A stretch of 50,013 bases of DNA, the filler included, from Catajapyx aquilonaris (Eukaryota): assembly GCA_000934665.2 (NCBI GenBank). It is 3 parts of 3 records of this genome, joined end to end, with 100 filler letters (N's around TTAATTAATTAA, not from the genome) between each part and the next. Parts side by side here need not be neighbours in the genome. Positions count along the whole stretch, not along the records: positions 33,442 to 50,013 come from KZ539652.1; 2 more parts are not named here. One strand, written 5' to 3'. The notes under the pieces are model-generated. The model saw nothing but the letters and a program-made list of their open reading frames with translations, made no database searches and was not told where the DNA came from. Below are positions 35,634 through 48,343 of this stretch, piece after piece. How positions within the stretch are numbered: the first letter of the stretch is position 1; each line of letters begins with the position of its first letter. The position numbers and the translations under genes were made by a program.

Positions 35634-38600
35634 CTACAAAAAAAATAGTTATTTATAATAGTTACTTGGTACCCTATTCAGAACAGGATATTTCACTCAA
35701 AGAATTCTTAGAAACAAACGAGTGAAAAACCAGCTCATAATAATAGCAATTACCATTGATTTGGTACTGTCAGTCTTACATGTTCGGATTTTATGTATCA
35801 CGAGCATTTTAGCTCACCCTGTAGAGTCGAGAAGATCAGTCGATCGCGAACATCCCACGTAAACCGGATTATTACGTTGAGGTAGGCTATATGTAGGTCA
35901 ACTGGGTCTTATCGCGCCTCCCAATAATATTTGCTCTCCTGAGTATTATTCCCTCCATCATAACAGGGTGTTTCGTCAGAGGCATTCAGAAGCTTTGCTT
36001 ATTTTCCCAGGTGGTGACGACGCGTTGCTTTTCACCCCCACTTGAATCGCCTATTTTCAAAAACCTACAAAATCAATTTTAGGAGGAAATGAGCTAAGCC
36101 CGTGGGGACGCCACTTCGGCAATCATTTCTCATGCTCTGAAGATTCCCAGATATTTCTCCCAAAAAATTCTCGCTTCTCCCCCATTCCTTTAACTAGAAA
36201 TGTCTTGATGTAAAATAGCGTCTTTTCTTGTCTGTTACCCCCATTACGTTGCCTCAAATTGGATCAAATACTTTTCGTTCAGAAAATTTAAATTCCCCAT
36301 CTGTCGTAATATGTGCCCCACCAGAGGCGCTGGCTTATCCCACTGCGCAGGCGCAGAACGAGGCTAATCGGATAACTATACACGGCTGGCTTTAAACAAC
36401 GAATGATTTTAATTATTATAGATACCTGTATCCCATATCATCGTCTTCACCTCCCCATCCCCAGTACATGTTAGAGTAGCCATTGACCCGAAAGAAATGC
36501 TCAGTCCTGATGGAAAAGACTCCTCCTACCAGCACTTTGTACGGAAGCCTGAAAAGAGACAATTAAGCAATCACCTGTTAGAGCAAAAAAAAAATTGCAT
36601 TGCAATTATCTACCTATATCCCAGCTCGTTGACGGCGACTGATAGGTGCCTGGGTTGCGACGGGCAGGAATACATGATGCGATCGTCCTCTGGCATTAGG
36701 TCAACGTCATGGAAGACAAAGCAGTGGTAGGTGGAGTCCCTCAGCGCCAGCAGGAAGCCCGCGTTCATTACTGCGCCCTTGTTGAACGTGTCATTACCTG
36801 CCTGTAATACAGGGAGGGAATTGAAGTAAAAGGAGAAAGGTCGGGACCCCCCACAGGTCCCCTATGCCTTCAGTCGACTTGCATAATAAAGAAGGGATTA
36901 AATTCCTCCTGGGGTGCCACAAACTTCCTTTTTGGTAATCACCTACAGTATTTTTAGCCTTTAAATTAACCGTAAAGTTGACGTTGGTGTAGAAGGCAAA
37001 GTTGATAGCTCACTGTGGAACTATGTTGCTAATTGGTGACGTAAAGTAGACCTATAGGTCTACTTTACTACTGCCATCCGTATGGCCACCTTCACTATTG
37101 ATCCAGTATGTATGTAAAGTCCCTATCCGAGGAGGAGGATGTAGAAAATATCGTTCCCAACGTCGTAGGTGGTCGGAAGATGGCTGGTTGGAAAGCACTC
37201 CTCGACAATTGTGAGGCGAAAAATTATCAGAATTGCCAATTTCCCCGCCGTTTTCGAGTTATGGCCAACAAATGATTTCGCACCTTCGACCTTGGCTCTC
37301 TGGCCGTACCGCCCGGGTCTACCGCCAGACTAGTGCTACTATCGCTGGCACTCCCACCCGCCCGCCCGTCCGCTTCGGCCACCCACCCGCCACCTCCAAT
37401 AGTATAACTTACTAGAGTGCGCTACTTGCTCTAAAAGCTGTTTTCAAGGACTTCTCTGCGGATGGCGTCGCTACATTTGCTCCAGTGATACCAATCCCGA
37501 ATGTAGGGCTAACGGGCGGGGATGCCAAGCGCTGAAGGCGCCCAAATGGGTCGAACCCCCACCGCCGAGCGTAGCGATCAATTGAAGGTGGTCATACGGA
37601 CGGAACATTTCGATTCGCTCTTTTGCTGACAATGGCTCGTACATACCTGTTCAACGACGTAAATCCTGTAGTTCAGTTGCTGACGCTGCATAAGGGGATG
37701 CAAGTGTGCCAAAAGATTGAGCAGGTGTTGCCACCTGTCGCGATAAGGCACCACGATAGCCACTCGATGGCGGGAATTGCAATCCGGAGGTTTCCATTGA
37801 CCCCCATTTTTCACATTTGGATTCTGCTCCAGAACTTCCTCCAGGGAGAACACGTCGCTGTGATTCGAGTTAACAAACACTTTCCCCACTATAATGAGAG
37901 AGAAAAATATGAAAAATTTCAAAATTGACGAAAATTTATTGGTCCTCCTCGTTACATGGTCTCTCGCTTGTCAACTAAATGGCCTAGCTTGTTATTGCCT
38001 GAGCACCCTTTAATTGACGTCACCATGCGTCAAATGCGACCGAGTCATATTTCATAGCAATGAGATCAGTTTCAATGCCAAAGTGCTATTTGCAATATTG
38101 TCTCCACACTACTGAACACACCCTACAGCAATATCCAGTTTTTAAGCAGAGTAGTTACCTAAAAATTTAATTAAATTTTTAGATGGTGAAAAGAACCAGC
38201 GTTGTGGAACTCTGCTTCTCTTTCCAACCCATTTCTGGTTACATAATCATGCGTTTTGGCTCTCATTTTAATCTCAGCAGCCTAGTCCAGAGTTGGTTCT
38301 ATGTGCTTTGCAATTCAAAGGCGGTTATTACCGAATCGTGGAAAGTAATGAATATTAGGGACGTTGTGAGATCCCCTGGTTTCATGCAAGTCTCCGGAAG
38401 TTTGCGCATCGCATTAAAACAGTTTACACCGAAAATCGACCGTGCATCACACTTTGAACGTGTCTCGGTGTAGTTTAAATCGACCGACACCTACTGTAAC
38501 ACTGTTTAAAATCATGATGTACGTACCTAATTTGGGTGGTACGGTTGCACAGTCTGTCATATAACTCTTGATTTTTTCTGGCTTACTCTTGCTACCTTCC

Positions 38601-39517
38601 TCTTCAAGTAGCTGGGTCAAATGTCGAGCATGAGCCTCATTCAAGACAAGTTGGGTGTAAAGTTCAACGGAAGGAGCATTACGAACAAGTAACGGCTCGA
38701 TTTTGAATTGATCAGCTGGAAATGTGAAAATCAGATCGACATGTGATGTATAACTGCAGTCCCAAGGAGAAACGCCCTAACTCTAAAACTAGTAAGGGTA
38801 AAAGTCGCGCATCCATGTCCTGCACTAATTCCCCCTGATTCGCAGGAGGGATTAGTGCAGGACACCTTGGTGCAGGACACCTTGGTACAGGACACCTTGG
38901 TGCGCAGGACACCTTGGTACAGGACACCTTGGTGAAGGACACCTTGGTGCAGGACATGGATGCGACTTTCACCCTTACTAGTTTTAGAGTTAGGGTGTTT
39001 CTCCTTCGGACGGCAGTATTGTTCATGTGTTGTCAAAATAACCGTATCTGACCTGCACGAGCGTGAGTTGATGCCGAACGCAAGGCTGGTTGTTGTACAG
39101 GTTGAGGCTGAACTTGCGGAGGAATCTGATGCCTCAGATGAGCCAGACGTGAAGGTACGGACGTCCTTTGTGATGCCTGTTGTATCTGTGCCAGGACGTT
39201 ACGGTGAATCACAGCAATCTGAAGCATACACAATATTTTGGCACACCCGTTGCATTGTTTGTATTCGAATAAAGCCAAAGAACGATCTGACGTCACACCA
39301 GCCGACGACTTTTGGCTGCGAGTCAATTGGCTGCTAAACGTGACGTCAGCTCGTTCTTTGGTTTAACGGAATGTACCTGCGAAACTGTGAGTAGAACTAG
39401 TACTGAGACTAGTATCGCGAGGAAGCAGAGAGGCGCTGACCTGACCCAAGCTGCCCCTCCGCGAGCCCTGCTGATTTGCTTGCGCACCTGAGTTCCTCGA
39501 ATCCGCACTAACTGCAT
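35351..39517 (-). CDS. bre-4: GT7-family beta-1,4-N-acetylgalactosaminyltransferase / beta-1,4-galactosyltransferase (bre-4-like); complete 7-exon gene, 443 aa
   Basis: Exons 39517-39377, 39218-39053, 38715-38527, 37888-37647, 36801-36614, 36548-36426 and 35633-35351. All introns are GT-AG and phase-compatible, giving 1332 nt. The protein has a type II TM anchor (LCFLAILVSVLVLLTV) and motifs CATVPPKLVG, VAIVVPYRDR, FNKGAVMNAGF, CFVFHDVDL (DxD), PRHLS, NGYSNMYWGWGGEDDD, YTMMKH and DGLNTL. The symbol indicates family likeness; orthology is not proven. Confidence 0.93.
36426..36548 (-). CDS. bre-4: GT7 gene exon 6
   Basis: CTTTTCAG|G...AG|GTATC; LPYKVLVGGVFSIRTEHFFRVNGYSNMYWGWGGEDDDMGY. Confidence 0.95.
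36614..36801 (-). CDS. bre-4: GT7 gene exon 5
   Basis: TTACAG|...AG|GTAGAT; AGNDTFNKGAVMNAGFLLALRDSTYHCFVFHDVDLMPEDDRIMYSCPSQPRHLSVAVNELGY. Confidence 0.95.
37647..37888 (-). CDS. bre-4: GT7 gene exon 4
   Basis: CATTATAG|...CAG|GTATGT; GGQWKPPDCNSRHRVAIVVPYRDR...RQQLNYRIYVVEQ. Confidence 0.95.
38527..38715 (-). CDS. bre-4: GT7 gene exon 3
   Basis: TTTCCAG|...G|GTACGT; open in phase 1 and ends DCATVPPKL. Confidence 0.85.
38753..39017. mobile_element. MITE in GT7 intron 2 with a central tandem repeat
   Basis: Inverted arms of about 70 bp (AAGGAGAAAC.CCCTAACTCTAAAACTAGTAAGGGT.AAAGTCGC...) enclose about 6 copies of CAGGACACCTTGGT(G/A). Confidence 0.8.
39053..39218 (-). CDS. bre-4: GT7 gene exon 2 (Gln/Pro-rich stem)
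   Basis: CTTCAG|ATT...GCAG|GTCAGA; phase 0 to 1, links exon 1 and exon 3 in frame. Confidence 0.75.
39377..39517 (-). CDS. bre-4: GT7 gene exon 1 (cytoplasmic tail and TM anchor)
   Basis: MQLVRIRGTQVRKQISRARGGAAWVRSAPLCFLAILVSVLVLLTVSQ|GTACAT. An in-frame genomic stop lies upstream of the ATG. Confidence 0.75.
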
Positions 39518-40006
39518 GGGGACCAGGTCCGGCTGATGTTGCGGGGTCTGCGAGGGGCATCAGTGCTAGGGGCCGGCCCCCACAGCCGCCCTGATGGCAA
39601 TACTAAGGCCATTCGGAACCACGTCACGCCAAACAGTCAGCGCGACGCAGGTACTGGCACTTACTATAGATCACTTCACTGGAACTTCACTTTCATTGGG
39701 AGGTGACTCGTGGACATCTTGTGTCACCAGGTCTGAAGAAAGGTCTAGTCGGGTCATCGCGTGTGCTTATCACGGAGCACTTATCTACATATCTGAAATT
39801 GAAGAATCATATTGCCACAATTATGAATTATTGTGTTCGGTGCACGCGGGAAGGGTACCCGTAGCGAGCAGTAACTGTACAGGAGCGCCACCGTCCTCTA
39901 GCGGAAAGTGGCGGAAGGTGTGTGGGGAAAGGGGCTAATAAGGAAGGTGGCGCACCCAGTGGGCAGAGAGATAACTTCCAATGCAAACAAACATTGTGGA
40001 CAGTGT

Positions 40007-40340
40007 TATTATGCGATTCACGAGTCCTGGCCTGTTAGGCTCCACCCACCTCCTCCCAACGTCAGCGGCGGAAGAAATCAGGCCTGGAATGCGCGTGATT
40101 CTCGCGAGTAGGAGCCAATGGTGCGGAGTTCGGTCTCAACAAGGGATAGGTGGTTCGTCGTATTTCCAGGCCTGGTTGTCCCCCCCNNNNNNNNNNNNNA
40201 TCCACTGCTGACAAGTGCTCTCCCCCATCCTCCTGGCAGGCGTGTGAGACCAGGGCGGACGCGGACGTGGCAACCTCGCCTTCAGAGGGCGGAGGACGGG
40301 GGAGGAGCCTAACAGGCCAGGACTCGTGAATCGCATAATA
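40007..40340. mobile_element. MITE-like inverted-repeat element upstream of the GT7 gene
   Basis: TATTATGCGATTCACGAGTCCTGGCCTGTTAGGCTCC and its perfect reverse complement ending at 40340. No clear TSD. Confidence 0.75.
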
Positions 40341-43300
40341 GGTGAAATATTATTGAGAATGATGATACAGTCCACATTACATTTTTTTAAAAAAATGATG
40401 CTATGAATATACCTAATCGTCTTAAGAGTCTCACAGTGACATGCAAAAAAATAACGCAATTTTTAAGCAATGTCAATCACGGTTGACATTTACGAGATAC
40501 AAAGTGCGATATAACATACATCCCGATGGGAAAAAACTTTTCAGAGATTCTCTCATAAAACGTGCAACTCATGTGAACCTTTGAGACCCTGGGCCAAGGT
40601 TGCTTGATACACTTTTAGGGTGACGACCAAGTGCTATTTTCTGAGAGCCGTTTCCATGGTGACCCCTGCACTTTGGCAGTAGCAAAAAAAGAGCGATTTT
40701 TTATTGTAATTTTGCCACGCTTTTTTTTGCAAAACCCCTAGAGGCGGAAAGTGTGGGCTGGTGGCATGAGACACAGCTGCAGGGCTGTCCATAAATTACG
40801 TAACACCCAAGGCCCATAGGGGGTAACTCTGTGATGTACTGTCCTATTAAGCGGGGAGGGCGACCTGCCTAAATATGGGAGGTTGGCATGGAAGGCAATG
40901 AAAAAAGGCAGCTTTAATTTACTGGAAAATTGAGCTGATTAATTGCACTTAATTTACTGGCGAAGATATCCGTAGAAATAATGGAAGTGTTCTAAAATGT
41001 GTTAATATTTGTGGTGTACATGATTAAATTTTTACAACTTCAGGAATCATCCCAAAGCAATTTTCGGACCCCTAGTTGCCCATACTTTTTTTTATTAGTC
41101 TTCTGACCGTTCATAACAAAGTTTTTTTCCCCCAATTGCATCCAAGGCTACTGGAATCCATCTGACAAACTGCAGTTCTTGACAAGGCTCATTTAAGTCA
41201 TCTTTAGGCCCGACCCTATTCAGTGAACATCAAGGTTAAAAAGATGTAGGCCATCTTAGTCCAAGTCTGAAAGGCACACAACTCATATAGTCTAAAGCTT
41301 GAAAGTAACTATTACTCGAAAGCTAAAGCACACACACTCACACAGTGTCTCACACCAGATACTTTGAAGGACACTCGACCTGAAGAGCTCATTTGAAGCA
41401 TTTCTACCCAGCCCTTGCGGTTCCTTACAGTTCCTTACACCGTCAGAGTGCACTAAAGGGGACCTCCCTTAGGCCAAGAGACTGTTTCAGACATTTCTGC
41501 TATAAGTTTGGACAACATTGTACAGCAGTCACTAAAATAAAATTAGGCTAAAACAATATAATACTGTGTGAAAGAGCAGGCATTGTAACACAGTAAATAC
41601 AACACATAATAATAAAAAATAATGTTACTAATCAGCTTAGAAATTACATTATGGCTACCAGCAGCCTGCAGCTGTATGGATCGAAGTAACAACAATCAAG
41701 TTGAGTGCAACGTCAGTGTTGACGTCAACCACATACATCTTACGGCGGTTTTTGCTCATAATAGTGCACATATACTGTACACTAAGCTATTCTCTCGAAG
41801 TAACAAAAACAAGTTTGGAGTAGCTAGAAGGTAAATGAATGTTCCTCAGGCTGGGAGTGCTGTGGTTGTATCCACCAAAAAGGGTTTGCAACTGCCAACT
41901 GCATGAACTGTGCAGTAATATTTGCCCTGAACAAACATTCTCACAGACAGTTAAAGTGTTCCGTAACACTGGGCCAGCTCAGAATTTGCATTATGTTTAA
42001 AATGCTGTGAGAGAAACTTTTTAGTATACGAATGGAGGGAAAAAACGCTCTTTTTAGCATGGAAACAAAGAAAGGTGGGATAATTTCCCTAACGTAATTT
42101 GGACATGGTTATGTGACCATTTGAATACATTAGACTTTGTTCTTTGTCAGATGTGAATAAGAGGCTTTTCTCATCCATGGATCAATCGAGAACCGGAACT
42201 TTCCACATGGATAATATGGATTCGGGTCTGAAAAGTTGACATCGTTGATGTTTGTCTTCACGATCAGTCCGCTGCTTGAAAGCACAGTTTTTTTTTCAAA
42301 AAAATATGTTTTAATTATAATTTAAAAATCAGCTTTTAGGTAGCATTTAGCGTTAGTATGTGGAGTTAATGATCTTAAGTGTTCCTGTGTCATCAAAGTG
42401 CTCAGTGTAGTGGAAGGCTTATGCACGGATGATGAAACAAACCCGCTTCAAACTTCTACACTGTAATTATTTTAACTTGCGAGTTCATTCACACAAATAT
42501 ATTCCGTTTACATTTAACCTACTGTGGTTACAATAACATTAGCCAATAGCATTTTAAATAGGTTATAAATCAACTAAACATTGCAATTAGAGAGGGAGTA
42601 CAACCTTTGATATGGCCAGGTTAAATTACCTTGTGTCAGGTTGTGTATTATTCAGCACCCAGCTTAGTTTGTAATCACGAGGCAAACCCAGGGATGATTT
42701 CACTGTGAATATTATAGTGCCGACAAATTAGGTTCCTTTCAATAGTTGATCCCTCAATTTCAGCTAAGTCACACTTTTTCTCCGAATAATCTACGGTGAA
42801 CATACCGCATTTCCACCATCTTCCAAGAGAAGAAGACTAAGCAAATTGAAAAATATCGACCACCGATGACAGTTTGGACAATACGCTGCGATCACTGCGA
42901 AGGGTATTATGTCAACCCCAGAAATATATGGCCGCAACCGGATCTTTTTGTTTCGCAGCATCAAAGCGAGGAGACTCTACTGCTAGTGGGTTCAACTCAG
43001 CCATAGGAAGACTTGAAGGATCAATCAATAGATAGAGGCAAGAAAAAAAAAACCCTTCAATACATAGCCTCCTGCTCTGAATCTGCACAAAAGAATCTCA
43101 AGTCCACAAACCCTAGATTGCTTGGGCAACATCGTCGCAAGGAAAGGTTTAGTGTTGCCAGGGTTACTATCCCCGACTGTACGATTTTGCAGAGATTTAC
43201 TAGCAGGTTCTGCCATAGCTTGAGGTGTCTATGGGTTTTAAAGGAACCGTGCCCTTCCATCCTTTGTGCTATATTATCCCGGAATTTAATTTAAAAGCAC

Positions 43301-43461
43301 AGAGCTGCTTTTTTATGGGAGGCAAACATACCCCCGTAAAAGCTGGTAGTGCATATATTGCTAGATTGCATCGCCTTTGTGACCCCTATTGACCTCTCGA
43401 CCTGTACACTTGGGAGACTGAATGTCTCATGTAACTGGTACATTTGGTGAACATATCGATT

Positions 43462-43678
43462 TTGGAGTGTTCAACTCAAAATGTGATCAAATTTGATCAC
43501 ATTTGATCATATTTTGAGTTGAACCTCCACGTGGAGGTTCCACGTGGAAGGGTGTGGACATTGTTTCATCCTCAAATCAGTCAGCCCTTCCACGTGGAGG
43601 TTCAAATCAAAATGTGATCACATTTTGAGTTGAATCTCCACGTGGAGGGGTACCTTCCACGTGGACATTGTTTCATCC
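43462..43678. repeat. Complex palindromic/tandem repeat
   Basis: Reiterated TTCAACTCAAAATGTGATCA...TTTTGAGTTGAA and (C/T)TCCACGTGGA(G/A) palindromes, plus GTGGACATTGTTTCATCCT twice. Confidence 0.8.
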
Positions 43679-46600
43679 TGGCATGATGCAACCCAACGAA
43701 CACTAGGCCTATTTATTTGTCTATTTCATTCCCCATTCCCAAGTGAATTCCAGTGCTATATGGAACAACATGCCGCCAGAGCCAAGGAGTCGTCTTTGCT
43801 GATAGCTTCTTCCAGAAAATTGCACTCTTATTAAATAAAGAGGTCGGGGGACACGGAGGATCGGTTCAAATATTTGGGAAGCTTTTGGGAGCCTGGTGTT
43901 TTTTTGGAGGAGGAAAATGCTCCTAGTGGAGGCATTATTTTCGAGGAAAACGTGCCGGCGGGGATGTAGTATGCGGAACAAGTGGTGTTAGGCCAAACGA
44001 CCATGGGGTAAAACAGCGGCCTCTGAACGTTTAAAAACATAATTGCATTTTAAAGTGATCCGCTCCAAAACAGGGTTATACAAAAAATATGAGTCAACAG
44101 GAGAGTAATTTTGTGCAACAAGCGTTAAAATTTTTGATGAAACATGACGGTGTATGTCACCATGGAGACTGTCATTACAAGAGTTTTAAGGGACAGCATT
44201 TATGCAAGGGGCTCATGTGAACGTGCTGGGAGAGAGTTTAAAGGCATTTGCACAGATTTAATTGTAGATGCGGTGACAAAAAATGTATGTGCCAAAATAT
44301 ATGCACGAGCAATATTGCCTATCAAAATAAACATACATCAGACAAAATATTAATCTTGTAACAGTTTAGCTAAAGTATTTCTGGCTACATTGTTGACGAT
44401 CTTTAACAATACATTGCAAGCCTTACAGTTGAACATGACGCTTGAGCTCAAGGGTATTAAAATTTCAGTTTCTTTGTGCCCTTGGGCCTTAATCTCGCAG
44501 TAACTGTCAAGGTGGGTCTAACTTTGGAGTCAAGTAAAAAATAATGTCTGGTGTCGCATTTTCTTGGCATGCCAAGGATTCTGTCTTGTTGCCGAGATTA
44601 AACTGTAAAGGCCCACTGTGAACTTCCTCAATCTAATTACATGCTTTTACAATGCAGAATGCAATTAAGTTTGGTAATATGATAAGCGATACGCATAAAC
44701 CCAGAAGACTCTTGCTTTTGTGAAAGGTGTCAGAAATAGTCATTCTTTATTTATGGCTATTTGGTGGAAGCGAGTTCATTTACTGTTTCTGCAACTAACC
44801 AAGCCAGCAGCTATGGTGGAAAAAAAAATTTAATGCGAAATGTTCTGCAAATTACTTTTGCGCCAACAATGCCATATGTTTGTGCGTTATTAGTTTTTTC
44901 CCCACTCTGTGCTGTACTATTGTGAACAAAATACTTCATTACAACCCCCCACCACCACAACCACCACCAAAAAACCTAACTTTATTCAAAATAGCACGAT
45001 GCATATTTTCAGTAATGCAGCACATTATTTAAAAATAGGCCAATTCAGAGCGTACAATAATGTGCATTAGGCAGACATGATGAGATAGAAAATATCAATA
45101 CACATTGTGTAGAGTTGTAACGGACCGTGTTTTGCTCTTGTTAATTCTTCGGTCAAACAAACAACATCAATAAAAAAGGAGGCTTTTAAACAATTCGTCC
45201 CATGAATTACATGTTTACAAACTCAGCATATTAGTTTACATAATTATCAGGCTGGGGCTGACATTTCAATCTATACCTATTAGCTATAGAAATAGCCTAT
45301 TGCATAATGGGAAAAACGGAAGTAATTTAAAGTTTTGTTAAAATTAAGTCTGTAGCTAAATCAAATGAATAATTAAGTGTCCTCGAAAGTGTTAAAATAG
45401 CAATTAAATAATCCCGACTCATTTTAATATTGGATGTCCCTTATGCATAATTCCTTGCATTTTTAAGCTATATGTGCCCAATTGCGGCTCATGTTTAGAT
45501 GAGGGCGAAAAAAAAAGCGTATTCTAGTTTACGTAACAAATGGAGATAAAAAGTGAAATAGCTTCCATTTGACATCGAGTGCACAATTTCCCAGCGCACT
45601 TGATGTGTTTAAAGAGTAAAAAACGGCACCATATCTCCCTTTGTAAGCGCAGAGGGTAGCTATAGTATCATTTTTCGTTTATCGGTAAAAAACGTGTCTC
45701 GCATCATAAAGCTATCGTACTGGGAGATTTGAAAATGACACAGCTGACGTCAAGTTGGCATTTAAAGCTCAAATTTTCGACTAACACTAACTCAATTGGC
45801 CTATCGAAATTTTGAAGTACCGGTACTGTAAAATATGCGAGTGAGAAATTGTGTGTATATATTTTTATGAATATTTTCTCTCATTCAAAATGGCCGAGAT
45901 TGAATTAATGATGTTAGAGCATTAGCATAATTCAACACTTTATATTCCGGTTCATATGGTGTTCCCTTAACGTTATGGACGGGAAGTAGTGTAATTGCCA
46001 TTACTATGATTTTTTAAAAAAATTTGACGCTTCCTAAACGCTAGGGCATGCACGTAAACAAAATGTGCTGCCAGTAAATACCGGCGTTTTAAAAAAATTT
46101 GCAAATTAGTTTCCGCACACCTATTTCTGTGTACATAATAAATACTGAAAAATCATAGCTTCACATTGTACCAAAAACGAGTGTGCTAATTATGCATCCA
46201 TTAAAATGGCCATTATTCCGCATAAAAATAAGTCAAAGGGTTCTAAAATTTGTAACAAAACTTTCGCTTTTGAAGCTTACAGTGTGGTTCATAATAAATC
46301 ATGCAAACTTTCTGGGCAGCTCATAGTGTCGAAGTTTACCTTTCCGTAGCATTAATTAGAGTCATAATACCACCCGCCCTTACAATATGTAACCTACGAC
46401 ACTTTGACATTGTCACCTAATCACGATTTTAATTGAAATTGCATTTGCGGATACCTACTTTACAAATAGAAAGATCGTATGAATGGACGCATACTATGTG
46501 TTTGTAACCAATTATCTCGCGCTCTTCCGGATACAAAATGATCGAAGCATGATCCGATAATATCAATATTCATACAAATAACCGCCCTCAATATCCAAAT

Positions 46601-46697
46601 CACGTGGTGTGACACTCCAGTAAAATATTCATCGCGAGCCACCATAAGTGAGATGAAACAGTATGGGACTTACTGATATCTTATGTTCTGAGAGTGT

Positions 46698-46993
46698 TGT
46701 GAGGAGGCTGTGAGGAGGCTGTGAGGAGGGTCAATCAGCACAGCAACCAAGCTAGCCAGCCAGCCAGCCAAGGCAGGCAGCCAGCAGAGCAGCAGCAGCA
46801 AGCAGCAGCCTCAGTTCGATCTGCTGGTTCGGGATAAACTACACTGCTCGGGACCGGCTGCGCATCGGATCTGCCAATGCGACACTGCGGTAAAGATGAG
46901 CTGCGGAGGGCACCAGGGGAAAGAAGAGGAGGGCATCTAGTGAGCTGACATATGACCCTATCTTATAAAGAATCGTCAGATGTGGCTGCCACA
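46698..46993 (+). mobile_element. Candidate solo LTR
   Basis: TGTG...CACA ends with flanks AGTGT / AATGT (4 of 5 match). A GC-rich island in AT-rich DNA with ATAAA near the 3' end. Confidence 0.4.
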
Positions 46994-47427
46994 AATGTTA
47001 ACATTCTGCCACCCCACGTTGGGCGCCAATTTCACATCAGTAGGGGAATCAAGTGTTACAACACATTGACCTGAAACATCTGCCAGCTCAATTATCATTC
47101 CCTGTTTTTTTATGACAAAACCTTGTTGACGTGTCTCATCAGCAGCCTTACGCACCGTCGCCGTCAGTGCAACATTGGCGGAAAATGAGGGGATTTGTTC
47201 CCAAGAGCAAAAGCACGTGAGGAGACTTAGTAATACGCGCATGACAACCTTGCAAGGACAGTGAAGGGTTCGGATTATAGGGACAAAAGACGTATGGGAT
47301 TCGCGGCGAAGCGAAAATATCTGATGTGACAGTGTCGTTTCGCGTTTTTCAGAGGAGTAGATATGTGGAGCAGTCAAAATTGGCAAAAAAATATTGTGAA
47401 TTCAGCTTATGGGGCTGAAATTTTTTT

Positions 47428-47532
47428 GGCCACTTTATCCTGGTCTTGAAGCAACCCTTCGCAGTGTTCGCACAGGCCCCACGGTGAGGAGGTGTGTGTG
47501 AAGGGTAGCTTCAAGACCAGGATAAAGTGACC
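47428..47532. repeat. Short hairpin (36-bp arms, 33-nt loop)
   Basis: GGCCACTTTATCCTGGTCTTGAAGCAACCCTTCGCA pairs with TGTGAAGGGTAGCTTCAAGACCAGGATAAAGTGACC, with 3 non-Watson-Crick positions. Confidence 0.85.
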
Positions 47533-48337
47533 GTACATTATATGTGTGTAAAAGTTGTTAATAAATGTTGCTCAAGTAGATGACGTCAATTAATTTCTGG
47601 AATTTATTTCCACTATATTTTCGAGTCTTGCACACATCATAGTTGCTCAGATGCTACGCATATTTTGTGCTTATTCATATCACAGGGAACGGTATTTTAC
47701 CATATTTTACGACTATTGTCAGGAACGTGAAGTATTCAATCACTAACGTGGTCAATGTATGAAAATGCATATTTTAGCATATAGGAAGCATCCGACGTGT
47801 TTGGCATGTTTTCATCGTGGGCCATCCTATAATTCAACTGCGTTATATTAATATTGATGTTGACGAATATGATTTATGTTGGCATTGTAATTACGATCGG
47901 AAAAAGCGGGACATAAACATAAATTAATAAATCCAGACGTGTAACGAAATGTTATTAGTCTGCAGGGAATTCTCATCTCTCTTGCGTACGTCATGCATTA
48001 TTGTTACACTGTGTTCGTTGGAGGTTTGTAGAGGCAGGCTGAAAGTTGCTGAAGCAGTTCATCCTGCACTTCAGACAGTATATTGGATTTGTATTTCTTT
48101 AGAAAGCGTTTAGATATGCAGCAGCCCCTCCAATTAAACGTATCATTTGCCCAAGGTAGAACTCCAAAAAATTTCAATCGGTGGGATTATTTATCAGAGG
48201 CAATCCATCTTTCTTACCGTGGGTGTAATCCTAAAACCTCGAATTTCCCCGAGGTAATAAATCGGGATCAGTGAATTCCTGCAAAACGTACTGTACATTC
48301 CAGATCTGGAGGGCAAATTTTCTTCCAAAACGTCTCT

Positions 48338-48343
48338 TTTATT
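48338..48343 (-). promoter_or_regulatory. Putative polyadenylation signal of the glycine-rich gene
   Basis: AATAAA on the minus strand about 345 nt downstream of the stop codon. Confidence 0.4.

Noticed and set aside
38712..39036. ORFs with KVSCT/GVLHQ repeats
   Set aside because: They derive from the tandem repeat inside an intronic MITE.
42790..42910. Possible hAT dimerisation-domain relic (TDDSLDNTLR)
   Set aside because: Short, frameshifted and without associated TIRs.
43721..44040. Possible LINE RNase H relic (TTCSAYYIP...)
   Set aside because: Only one short motif with no recognisable catalytic residues; too weak to call.
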